Of a stretch of DNA of 64,000 nt, positions 19,347 to 28,809 are shown piece after piece (positions within the stretch are counted from its first letter, which is position 1; every line of letters begins with the position of its first letter). The DNA lies in the NCBI GenBank assembly GCA_963850305.1, contig CAWKKR010000008.1:1024001-1088000 (forward strand), in the 5' to 3' direction. The notes beneath the pieces were generated by a model. It saw only the letters and a list, made by a program, of their open reading frames with translations, was not told where the DNA came from and ran no database searches. Origin of the DNA: an uncultured delta proteobacterium (GTDB lineage Bacteria > Myxococcota_A > Polyangia > Polyangiales > Polyangiaceae). The translations under genes were made by a program, and so were the position numbers.

Positions 19347-20366
19347 ATGCGAAATCCTTCGGTTCGTCTCGAGTGGCGGGGTAAATCGGCAGTCGCAGAT
19401 GCACCGGGCGCTTCGCTAAGAGCCCTCCGACCCGGCGATGGCCGATTCACGCTCATCACAGGCGACAATCTTCTAGCGCTTCGCGCCCTACACGACAGAA
19501 GAAAGTCCGAGGTGACGTTCGCGTACCTGGACCCGCCCTTCCTGACGGGTCGAAAACACGAGCGCGTTCTCAGGCTGCGCGACTCCGGTGGAAACCTGGT
19601 CCGGGGGCGCCGCCCTGCCTTCGACGACCGATGGACCGGGCTCGACCAATACCTCGACGCGCTCGGCCCTCGCATCGCCGCAGCGCGAGAGCTACTTGCT
19701 CCGCACGGCTGCCTCGTCTTGCATGTGGATTCGAAGACGAGCCACTACGCCAAAGTGCTCTGCGACGAGATCTTCGGCGCCGAGGCCTTCGCGAGCGAGA
19801 TCGTCTGGCGATACCGCCGGTGGCCCAGCAAGACGGCCAACTTTCAGCGTGTTCATGACGTCCTCCTTCGATACGTCAAGGATCCGAGCGTCAAGCCGCG
19901 CTTCCGACAACTCTACGAACCGATCGCCGCATCGACGCTCGCGACGTGGGGGACGCGAAAGCAGCGCGCGATCCTCGGGACCGACGGTCGGCGCACGCGG
20001 TCCAGCCAAACCACGGAGCCGACGCCGGGCACACCGCTCGGAGACGTCTGGGACATCGGCATCGTTGCCCCTGTGTCGCGCGAACGAACCGGCTATCCGA
20101 CACAGAAGCCCGAGTTGCTCTTGGAGCGATTGATCGAAGCGTGCACCAACGCCGGCGACCTCGTGCTCGACCCCTACCTTGGAAGCGGCACCGTCGCGGC
20201 AGTTTGCGCAAAATCGGGACGTCACTTCATCGGAATCGACGTCAATCCGGATGCGGTCGACATCGCGCGTGATCGGCTCGCACGGCTCGACGTCATCGCC
20301 ACCGAGGACCTCGTCGCGCCCGCCGTTCGGCGGACACGACGTCGGTCCGCGCCCCGAGCGGCCTAA
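19347..20366 (+). CDS. Orphan N6-adenine/N4-cytosine DNA methyltransferase (beta class)
   Basis: GDNL, YLDPPF (motif IV), YPTQKP, DPYLGSGT (motif I). Confidence 0.92.
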   Translation: MRNPSVRLEWRGKSAVADAPGASLRALRPGDGRFTLITGDNLLALRALHDRRKSEVTFAYLDPPFLTGRKHERVLRLRDSGGNLVRGRRPAFDDRWTGLDQYLDALGPRIAAARELLAPHGCLVLHVDSKTSHYAKVLCDEIFGAEAFASEIVWRYRRWPSKTANFQRVHDVLLRYVKDPSVKPRFRQLYEPIAASTLATWGTRKQRAILGTDGRRTRSSQTTEPTPGTPLGDVWDIGIVAPVSRERTGYPTQKPELLLERLIEACTNAGDLVLDPYLGSGTVAAVCAKSGRHFIGIDVNPDAVDIARDRLARLDVIATEDLVAPAVRRTRRRSAPRAA

Positions 20367-20501
20367 GTCGGCTGGATCCAGCTACTGCTCGCGGTCTCCG
20401 GTGGTTGTCTCCTCGATCGATCCCGGTCGAACGCTGGATCCAGGCTGCGCCCGCCCTGGACGCTTCTTTTGGTGGCGCCGACCAGCGCGTATGATGCCGG
20501 C

Positions 20502-21473
20502 GTGCGGCCCCGGCTCGTATTACTCGGCGCGTTACTCGTGCTGCCGGCGCCCCGCGCCGACGCGCTGGACGCCGATCCCGTGGTCGTTCACGTCGGGGAT
20601 GCGTCGCTTCGGGTGAGCGACGTTACGCGACGGCTGGCATCGATTCCCGACTTTCAACTTCGTACCTTCGGAAGCACGCCCGAGCAGATCCGCGCCGCCT
20701 TCGTCGATGCCGTCCTCGTGCCGGAACTCCTCTACGGCGAGGAGGCGGCGCGTCTACACTTGAAAGAGCAGCCCGACGTGCGCCATCGCATCGACGCCGC
20801 ACTGGCCAGAGCGCTGACGAATTCCCTCCGCGCGGATACGGTCGCCGCCGGCGTCACCGAGGACGACGTCCGCGCTTATTACGACTCTCATCGCGGGGAA
20901 TATCACCAGCCAGTAGCGCTGCGGCTCTTCCGGATCCTGCTCGATGACGAAAGCCTCGCGAAACGAATCCTGTCCGAGGCAGCTGGCGCAGGCGGCCCAG
21001 CCCGGTGGCGTGACTCGGCGCGGGCGCATTCGCTCGACACGGCGACCAAGATGCGCGGCGGCGATCTCGGCTTCGTGTTTCCCGACGGACATACCGATGT
21101 CCCGCAGCTCGACGTCGATCCGGCGCTCTACGATGCCGCGTCGAAGGTGCGAGACGGCGAGGTCGTTCCTTTGCCAATCAAGGAGGGGGGACACCTTGCC
21201 GTCGTCTGGCGGCGCGGGAGTCGGCCGAAAGCCGACATCTCGTTTGCGGCGGCGCACGCCTCCATTCGCGACCGGCTCCTGCGAGCGCGGACGCAGCGAG
21301 CGGTGGACACATTGCGCGACGCGCTGCGCGCCAGAAACGTGAATGACGAAAACCCAGCTCTCCTCGACGACCTGACCCCGCGTCTCGAATTGCTCCCGCC
21401 CCGGCCGCGCCCGTCCGCGGCACCCTTCGCCGCGCGACCTGTCCCGGAGCCGACGGACCGGGGTCTACGATAG
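20502..21473 (+). CDS. PpiC/parvulin-type peptidyl-prolyl isomerase
   Basis: Signal peptide; SurA/PrsA-like helices; 'HSLD..TKMRGGDLGF'. Confidence 0.85.
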   Translation: MRPRLVLLGALLVLPAPRADALDADPVVVHVGDASLRVSDVTRRLASIPDFQLRTFGSTPEQIRAAFVDAVLVPELLYGEEAARLHLKEQPDVRHRIDAALARALTNSLRADTVAAGVTEDDVRAYYDSHRGEYHQPVALRLFRILLDDESLAKRILSEAAGAGGPARWRDSARAHSLDTATKMRGGDLGFVFPDGHTDVPQLDVDPALYDAASKVRDGEVVPLPIKEGGHLAVVWRRGSRPKADISFAAAHASIRDRLLRARTQRAVDTLRDALRARNVNDENPALLDDLTPRLELLPPRPRPSAAPFAARPVPEPTDRGLR

Positions 21474-21869
21474 CTACTTCTTCTTCTCGTCTTCGAGGGG
21501 AAAACCCAGCTGCCGCATGATGCTACGAAACATCTCTTCTTCGTCGCGTGCTCGTTGCTGATAAACGATGAAGCGGTCCCGCTCCTTCGATTCGGCAGCG
21601 TCCGCGGCACGCTCGCAGTCCTCGAGCATCAGCATCAGATGCGGATGTGCCTGGATCACCTCCTTCGGGATCAGCATGTCGCGAGCAGCCTCGATGCGAG
21701 CAGTAGCCAGGTGATGAGTGAGCTCCGCGAGCTCCTTGTCGTCGAGCCGATGCTGGAGATAGTCCGTCTCGGTGCGAGCTTCCTTGACGAGCAAACCGGC
21801 GCGGTCCAGATAACTCCCCGCCCACGCCGCGGGCGCGAAGGTCGTGAGAACCGCGGTGAGCACGAGCAT
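21474..21869 (-). CDS. Secreted helical hypothetical protein (start may lie up to about 21926)
   Basis: Signal peptide ending AWA; located directly downstream of rnc. Confidence 0.65.
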   Translation of the reverse strand: MLVLTAVLTTFAPAAWAGSYLDRAGLLVKEARTETDYLQHRLDDKELAELTHHLATARIEAARDMLIPKEVIQAHPHLMLMLEDCERAADAAESKERDRFIVYQQRARDEEEMFRSIMRQLGFPLEDEKKK

Positions 21870-21912
21870 CGTGGTTCGATGCCGCCGCCGGACCACGAGC
21901 GGTGTGTGGACT

Positions 21913-22611
21913 CTAGAGTCCACCACTGGCCTCCGTCCCGCCGCCATCCAGCACCGCGATCGCCCCAGCCGCGGCGGCGCGCTCCGCAAGTCGCTTCGAC
22001 CGGCCACGACCTTCAGCCAGCGCGACCCCCGCTACCCGCACGGCGACGACGAACCACGGGTCGTGCGAAGAGCCGCCGCTCTCGAGCACCTCGTACGTCG
22101 GCGTCGCCTTTCCCTCGCGCTGCACGCGCTCTTGCAGCTCGCTCTTCGGATCGCGGCCCGAGCCGGCGTCGATCTCCGATAACGCCTTTGCCAGGATGGT
22201 ATTGCAAGCCGAACGGGCGCCGTCGAGCCCACGTTCGAGATATGCGACCGCGACGAGAGCTTCCACGAGGTCGGACAACACGTTCGTGCCGTCGCGTAGC
22301 CCGCTCGCGTCGGCCCCGCGGCCCAGGCGGAGCGCGGCACCGATTCCATTCTCGCGGGCCCAACCGGCGAGGGCATCCGCGTTGACCATCTGCGCGCGCA
22401 TCCGGGTGAGCGACCCTTCGTCGGAGTCGGGAAAGCGCTCGTAGAGGATTTCCGTCGCGCACAATCCGAGCACGGCATCCCCCAAAAATTCGAGTCGCTG
22501 ATAATGCCTCGAGTCCTTGGTCTCGTTTGCGTAGCTCGGGTGCGTCAGCGCCACCTCGAGGACCGCGGAGGCCGCGGAGACTCCGAACAGCTCGGCAATC
22601 CGGTCAATCAT
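21913..22611 (-). CDS. rnc: Ribonuclease III
   Basis: ALTHPS, QRLEFLGDAVL, DLVEAL, dsRBD 'DPKSELQE...G.G.SK..AE..AA'. Confidence 0.97.
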   Translation of the reverse strand: MIDRIAELFGVSAASAVLEVALTHPSYANETKDSRHYQRLEFLGDAVLGLCATEILYERFPDSDEGSLTRMRAQMVNADALAGWARENGIGAALRLGRGADASGLRDGTNVLSDLVEALVAVAYLERGLDGARSACNTILAKALSEIDAGSGRDPKSELQERVQREGKATPTYEVLESGGSSHDPWFVVAVRVAGVALAEGRGRSKRLAERAAAAGAIAVLDGGGTEASGGL

Positions 22612-22747
22612 CCCCACCGAGTATGCAAGCGTCTCCGGCCTCCAGACAGCCACTTTCGCTTCGGCGGGCAGGGTTCTTCGGAAAGGCCCAGCGGCCTCAC
22701 GGGTTCGCGTTCCGGCGCTGCGCGAAGTAGGCTGCTTTGCCGTCCGA

Positions 22748-23416
22748 ATGTCGCTCGTGGGATGCCCGTTCTGCGAAGAGCTCTTCCCCGAGGGTGAGAG
22801 GGACACGTGCCCGGTGTGCGGCGTCTCGCTCCAGCCGATGGAGAAGCTGCCGCCATCGTACGAAGCCCGGGTGGCCCAGGCGGCGGAACTCGCCGCGACG
22901 CCGCCGGAGGACCGGCGGCTTCCCTGGTATTATTTCAGGCGCGGACGAGGAGCGCTGGCCCTCGTGGCAACCCTCGGACTCGTCGCGTTCTTTTCGCCGT
23001 GGGTGGTGATGAAGATGCCCGAGGACACGGTGCTCAGCGGGTATCACCTGGCGCGCGCGAAGGGCTCGTGGTTTTTCGGTGAGGCCATAGGCTGGTTCGT
23101 GATGTTGCCGCTCGTGCTGTCGCGGCGCACCGTCTACAAGATGCGCGGCGTTCGCATCGTGACGACGATGTTCGCGGCGCTCTCGGTCGTGGAGTGTGCG
23201 CAGCTGCTCCTCAATCCGCCGCACGGAAATCGGTTCCTGCCTTTGCGGTTCGAGTGGGGCTGGGGCATCTACGCGAGCCTGGCCCTCGGTGTCGTCGGAA
23301 TGGTCCTCGGAGCGACGTTCGGCGGACGCATCGATGACATAGACGCGCGCGAACTCCAGCGGGAGCGCGAACCGGATCTCTCGCCCGACGCCAGCGACGA
23401 GCGCACGCTTCACTGA
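22748..23416 (+). CDS. Zinc-ribbon membrane protein
   Basis: CPFC...CPVC followed by about 4 TM helices. Confidence 0.75.
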   Translation: MSLVGCPFCEELFPEGERDTCPVCGVSLQPMEKLPPSYEARVAQAAELAATPPEDRRLPWYYFRRGRGALALVATLGLVAFFSPWVVMKMPEDTVLSGYHLARAKGSWFFGEAIGWFVMLPLVLSRRTVYKMRGVRIVTTMFAALSVVECAQLLLNPPHGNRFLPLRFEWGWGIYASLALGVVGMVLGATFGGRIDDIDARELQREREPDLSPDASDERTLH

Positions 23417-23449
23417 CCGGTCACGCCGCAACGGCGCCGACCCGGGACG

Positions 23450-24676
23450 TCAGAAATTCGCACCGAGCTGGAGCACCAGACTCCACTGTCGCGGAACGCC
23501 AGAGAGGACATCCGAGTCGGTCATGACCTTGACGACGCGGTTGCCCTTGGCATCGACTGCTGGAACGTTGATGGATCCGCCGCCAACCTGGGCGTCCGAG
23601 GGATCGACGATGTCGGTGATGAACTCCATCCCGAACGACACCATTTCGTACCGGTAATCGAGCCCGAACATCATGCGCTGGCGCTCGAGGCGCGCCGAGC
23701 TGAAGACGATGTTGTTGTTGAAATCGAGCGGCGAGCCCCCGGCGCAGACCGGCTGCCCGTCATACGCGGCGCGGCTTGGGTCCTTGTTCCCAGGGACGTT
23801 CGGGCCCGACGACTGGCAGTACCCTACCGGATCGGTGGCGGGTGTCGTGTCGATGAGACCCGAGTCCCCGAAGATCCAGAGGTACTGATAGCCGATCCAC
23901 GGGGTCAGGACGGACTGGCTCGCAAGTGCAAGCGGCTTCGAGATCTGCACATCGAGCCCGACCGTCGTCAGCTGAAACTCGGGCGTGCCAGTGATTGTGC
24001 GCACTCCCCCACCGACCGCCACGTCCGGGAGGATCCCGAGAAACCCCGTCCGGAAACCTTCGAGAAGCGCGAGGCGAACATCCGCGCCGCCGGTGAGAAT
24101 CGTCGAGCTCGGCACGTAGCCAACCTCGGTCCCAATCTCGAGACCGAAACCAAAGCTCTTTCGGATGTGGAGTGCGTACGACTGGATGATCCCGGGTGGG
24201 CTCGAGTTGTAGACCGAAGCACCGTTGGTGGACGGGTCGCGCGGTCCTTGCGTTCCAAGCTTCCAGTAATCCGCGCCGTCGTCGATTTTCGTGTAGACGG
24301 CCTCGGCGGAAAACTGGAAACCCCCGAGCCCGGTGGTTCGCGCGGCGTGCATCGCGGTGGGCGCGAGTGCGAACCCCCACTGGTTGATCAGCCTCTTGAA
24401 GGAGACTTCATCGGGGAAGCACGAGTCATGGCCTGTCGCTGCGGTGTATGCAGCGCGATCGGCCGGGTTGGTGTTGTACTGCCCGACTGAGCGCCCCTCG
24501 GCGTTTGCGAGGTAGTCGGCGTTGGTGCCGGAGGTCAGCCCGGTGGTGTTGCACCGATGGTCGAGCACGAGCCGGCCGAGCGCCGGGTTCAACTCCTCGG
24601 ACGCGGACGCCACTGCCGGCACGAGCAGCAAGCCGACCGCGGCACCGAGACCCAGCAGATGGAAAGGCTTGACCAC
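23450..24676 (-). CDS. Putative outer-membrane beta-barrel protein
   Basis: Signal peptide; alternating amphipathic strands; C-terminal '...LQLGANF'. Confidence 0.65.
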   Translation of the reverse strand: MVKPFHLLGLGAAVGLLLVPAVASASEELNPALGRLVLDHRCNTTGLTSGTNADYLANAEGRSVGQYNTNPADRAAYTAATGHDSCFPDEVSFKRLINQWGFALAPTAMHAARTTGLGGFQFSAEAVYTKIDDGADYWKLGTQGPRDPSTNGASVYNSSPPGIIQSYALHIRKSFGFGLEIGTEVGYVPSSTILTGGADVRLALLEGFRTGFLGILPDVAVGGGVRTITGTPEFQLTTVGLDVQISKPLALASQSVLTPWIGYQYLWIFGDSGLIDTTPATDPVGYCQSSGPNVPGNKDPSRAAYDGQPVCAGGSPLDFNNNIVFSSARLERQRMMFGLDYRYEMVSFGMEFITDIVDPSDAQVGGGSINVPAVDAKGNRVVKVMTDSDVLSGVPRQWSLVLQLGANF

Positions 24677-24855
24677 GGTTGACTCCGCCAGGTCGAAGGT
24701 ACTTTCGCCGTGGGAGGGCCGTCAAGCACGCGAAATTCCAGGCACGAGGGGACCATCCGCCCAGTAGGTTCGGTTCCGCGCCCTCGGCACCGCGGCGGAT
24801 GGCCTCTCAATGCCCCCTGAATCGCCCCAGCCCCGATAATCTAGGCACGGCGACC

Positions 24856-25407
24856 ATGCCGTTGACCCCGGAACCCGTCTTGCCCAATCGCCTGCGGGCG
24901 CGTCCACGCTTGCGACCGTTCCACGTCGTCCTGGTGGAGCCGGAGATCCCGCCCAACACGGGGAACGTGGCACGGCTCTGTGCGGCGACCTGCTGTCCGT
25001 TGCACCTCGTCGGGCGCCTCGGGTTCTCGATCGACGCGCACGCCGTCCGCCGCGCCGGCCTTGACTATTGGCCGCTGGTCGATTTGAGAACCCACCGCGA
25101 CCTGGTCGTCGCCGAGGCGTCCATCGGCGAGCTCAACGGCCAGGGCGCGAGTCAAACGTGGCTGTTCAGCGGCAAAGCGCGCAAGAGCTATCTCGACGTG
25201 CAGTTTCGCGAAGGAGACGCCCTGGTCTTCGGAAAGGAGAGCGTCGGGCTCGACGAGGGACTGCTCGCGGCTCGAAGCGACACCGTCCTCGGGATTCCGA
25301 CCCTTGGAGAGGTGCGTTCGCTCAATCTGGCAAACTCGGTGGCCATAGCGCTGTACGAAGCACTCCGGCAGGTCGGGGCGCTCGCTGTCGATGACACCCG
25401 GAGCTGA
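24856..25407 (+). CDS. trmL: tRNA (cytidine/uridine-34 2'-O)-methyltransferase
   Basis: PEIPPNTGN, RRAGLDYW, FGKESVGL, RSLNLANS. Confidence 0.95.
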   Translation: MPLTPEPVLPNRLRARPRLRPFHVVLVEPEIPPNTGNVARLCAATCCPLHLVGRLGFSIDAHAVRRAGLDYWPLVDLRTHRDLVVAEASIGELNGQGASQTWLFSGKARKSYLDVQFREGDALVFGKESVGLDEGLLAARSDTVLGIPTLGEVRSLNLANSVAIALYEALRQVGALAVDDTRS

Positions 25408-25409
25408 TC

Positions 25410-26921
25410 TCAACGCACGTGCAAGGTCGGCACGGCACGTGTGAACTCGGCGTGCACCGCGACGTTCTGTGCAGGCTTCGCGTCGATGTTCGCGGAAAGG
25501 TGTTCGCCGAGCTCCGCGTTCACCAGCGTCACCAGGTGACGCCCCGCGGGTCTGCGGACCGCGCGAAGCGGGGTTTCGCCCTGCGATGCGCCGTCGATGA
25601 CGACTCTCGCGGGCAAATCCGACGTGAAAGTGAACGTGGCGCCCTCCGGCTTCTCCTCCTCTACGGCGGGCGCCGGGGTCGCAGCTGGCACCGGTTCTTC
25701 CCGGGTGGGGGTTCGAGAAGTGCTTGCGCGAGGCGCGATGGCCGCCGGCACGGGCACGGCCGGGGCCGCGCTCGATGGCGGAGTCCGCCGCCTCGGCGCG
25801 CGCGGACGCGTCACGAATGCCACGACGGCAGCGACGGCGAGGAGCACGGCCACGAGAGTCACCGCGATGCGAGCCGGGGCTTTGCGGGCGTGCACGCGCT
25901 CCGGCGGTGCCGACGGCGCGCGGGTCCACTCGACGACCTCGTCCCGCGACGCGAAGGTTTCGGTTTGCGTGAGCCGGCGAGTGGCCGGCGTTTTCTCGCG
26001 CGGCGTGCCGTCCGCCGTCGGCGTCGCATCGAGGCGGCCCACCTCTTCCGAACGTGCCCGACGAACTCGTTCGCCCAGTCGGCGCGCGAGGTCGCCCGAA
26101 TCCGCGGCGCGAATGAAATCGCGAAGGGGCCGCGCGAGCTCTTCTGCGGTCTGCGGACGTTCCCCCGCATCGAACGCCACCGAGCGCGCGATGAGGTCGT
26201 CGAGCGACGACAGGTGCGTGTCGTATTCCGCGAGCGGACGCGGAAGGAGAGCGAGCGCCGCCTCGCTTTCCGTACGGGTTGGTCGCCGGAAGGGTGGCAT
26301 TCCGGTCCAAGCTTCGATGAGCAACGCAGCCACGGCGAAGACGTCGGTCGCAGCCGTGAGGCGGCCACCGCGGACCTGTTCGATCGGCATGTGACCCGGG
26401 GAGCCGTACACGCGCTCGCGAGGCGCTCCGTCCACGGAAACGGGCGCGGCGATGCCAAAATCGATGAGGCGTACCGCTCCTTCCTCGTCGATCAACACGT
26501 TGCGCGGGGTCACGTCGCGATGAACGATCTCGGCGCGACGGTGGGCGTAGTCGAGCGCCCGGCAGATCTCCGCACCGAGATAAGCCCCCTCTTCGGCCGA
26601 CACGGGACCGCCCGCCTGCAAGAGCTCCGACAGGGTCACGCCAACCGCGAGCTCCATGGCGATGAAGTAGACGCCCTGCTCGACGCCCAGCTCATAGACC
26701 GGCACGATGTTGGGGTGGCTCAGCTCGACCGTGGTCTTCGCTTCCGCAACGAAGCGGGCGACGAAGACCTCGTCGGAAGCCAGCTCCGCGCGGATCTGCT
26801 TCACGACGAGCCGCTTTTCGAAACCGCCGGCTCCGCGGAGCGTCGCTAGGTACACGACGGCCATGCCCCCCGACGCAAGCTCACGCTCGAGAACGTATTT
26901 GCCGAAGACCTGGGGAAACAA
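25410..26921 (-). CDS. Ser/Thr protein kinase with a TM helix and a PEGA domain
   Basis: GGMAVVY, VVK, HRDVTPRN, DFG; C-terminal G.TP PEGA motif. Confidence 0.92.
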   Translation of the reverse strand: MFPQVFGKYVLERELASGGMAVVYLATLRGAGGFEKRLVVKQIRAELASDEVFVARFVAEAKTTVELSHPNIVPVYELGVEQGVYFIAMELAVGVTLSELLQAGGPVSAEEGAYLGAEICRALDYAHRRAEIVHRDVTPRNVLIDEEGAVRLIDFGIAAPVSVDGAPRERVYGSPGHMPIEQVRGGRLTAATDVFAVAALLIEAWTGMPPFRRPTRTESEAALALLPRPLAEYDTHLSSLDDLIARSVAFDAGERPQTAEELARPLRDFIRAADSGDLARRLGERVRRARSEEVGRLDATPTADGTPREKTPATRRLTQTETFASRDEVVEWTRAPSAPPERVHARKAPARIAVTLVAVLLAVAAVVAFVTRPRAPRRRTPPSSAAPAVPVPAAIAPRASTSRTPTREEPVPAATPAPAVEEEKPEGATFTFTSDLPARVVIDGASQGETPLRAVRRPAGRHLVTLVNAELGEHLSANIDAKPAQNVAVHAEFTRAVPTLHVR

Positions 26922-26940
26922 TGTCGCGGCTCATGGTACC

Positions 26941-28788
26941 GTTCTCCTTGCCGCGTTGCTTGGTTGCGCGTGCACGACCGTGCCGGGTGCGGAGCGAACC
27001 CACCCCGTTCGCGCGCACTTTCTTCCGGCTTGCGCGCCGGCAAAGACCTCGGGATCGACCGAGTTCGATATAGAGGCGCTCGGCGACTTCGACCCGTCCG
27101 CAGACACGGGCGAGGTCCTGTCGGAATCGGACGGCAGCCAGAAGCTGGTCGTGCCGGGCACGACGCGCGCCGTCGTGGTGACCGCCACCGACGGATTCTC
27201 GAATTTCGAGGGGTCCGCGGCGGCCGGTGTGGACGGTTCAATCGACGTGTCGCTCTGGCCGCAGGGAACCAGCTGCGATCTCGAGCCTGGGGGCCGCCTA
27301 CCCGGGTTCCGCGGGCGGTCAGGCCATCGGTGTCGCCCCCGATGGTCGCACACTCCTCGTTGCAGGCGGCGAGGGCGAAAATGAGATCGCGACCGCCGCG
27401 CTCGCCGTGGACTTCGAAACGGGAACCGTCGCGGCCGTGTCTTCGGACGATGGTCTACGCAAGCGGCGTTCGGGGGCAACCGTCACGCCCTTCGGGGCGG
27501 ACCTCCTGGTCGCGGGCGGGGTCGATCCAGAGGACGGCACGGCGCTCGACTCTGCCGACGTCTTCGATCCGGAGGCGCGCAGCTTCGCGCCGGATCTCGT
27601 GATGCTCGAGTCGCCGCGCTCGCACCACGCCGCCGTCGTCCTCGATTCCGGCGAAACCCTCCTCGTCGGGGGTACGGACGGGAGCGGTCGTGCGCTTCGG
27701 ACCCTCGAAGCGATCTCCCCGTCTCGCGGGAATACCGCATCAGCAACCTGGCTGACCTCGCGACCCAGCGAGTGGACGGCGTCGCGCTCCGCCTCTCGGA
27801 CGGCAGGATCCTGGTGGCTTCCGGAACCGACGAAAGCGGCGCACCGCTGCAGACTCTCGAACTCCTTTCCGCCGACGCATCGACGGACCAACCTCTACCG
27901 AGCCTTGCGAGCGAGGGAGATCCCGACGCCTTCGTGGTCGGACGAGCATTCGCAGCGATGCCCGGCGGCGGCGCGCTCGCGGTCGGTGGCTGTCGCGACG
28001 CGAACGCGTCGGCACCGGCGTGCGCTGCGCCATCGCCGAGCGTTCGCTGGATCACGCCTGAAGGAACCGTCGACTCGCTCCCCGATCTGGACGACGTCGT
28101 GGCCGCGTGGCCCACCCTGATTGCGGGTGAAGAGGGGCGCCCATGGCTCGCCGCGACCTCCGCAGCCGACGGTTCGCCCGTGCTGCGGCGTTTCGACCCC
28201 TGGAGTGGTCGCTTCGTCACGGACGATGCGCCCACCCCGCCGTCCGTCGCGACGAACGCCAGGTATTTCTCCATCGACGACGGCCTGTTCGCGTGGTTCG
28301 CGACCGACCCGACGGCGGGCGTCTCTCTCTCCGGGTTTCGTCACGGTACTCGCGGGCCGTACGTCGACGCGGTCACGCCCCTCCTGCAGACGACGACGGA
28401 CGGCATTTCGCCCGATCGTGCTCTGGGCACGGTCGTGTCGCGAGATCCCGCCACCGGCACGGTCACGCTCGCGCCACCCGGCGCGCTGGTCATCACCGAC
28501 GCGACCTACGCCGACGTGCATCTCGTCATCGGCGTGACCGCCGGCGCCCCGCCCTTGATTCGACTCGACCAGGGCGTCTTTGGTTCCGGCGCGTGCGCGT
28601 GGCCGGTCACGCCCGCACCACCGTTCGACGCCGATTTTCTGCGTTCGAACACGACCGTGACCCTGTCGCTAGCGGGTCGAAGTCGCTCCTGCGGCACCAC
28701 GAGCGGGAGGACGGCCGTCTCGATCGCCCCGAACGGCGACTCCATCGCGCTGAAGTCCGTCACCGTCACCCGCGACATCCCGCGGTAA
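26941..28788 (+). pseudogene. Kelch-repeat secreted protein interrupted by two frameshifts (pseudogene or sequencing error); start uncertain
   Basis: Coding sense runs frame 1, then frame 2 at the G5 run (27289-27293), then frame 1 at the G3 run (27728-27730); Kelch motifs 'LLVAGG', 'R.HHAAV.L..G..LLVGG'. Confidence 0.75.
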
Positions 28789-28809
28789 CCGCCGTCGGCG
28801 CGACTGGCC

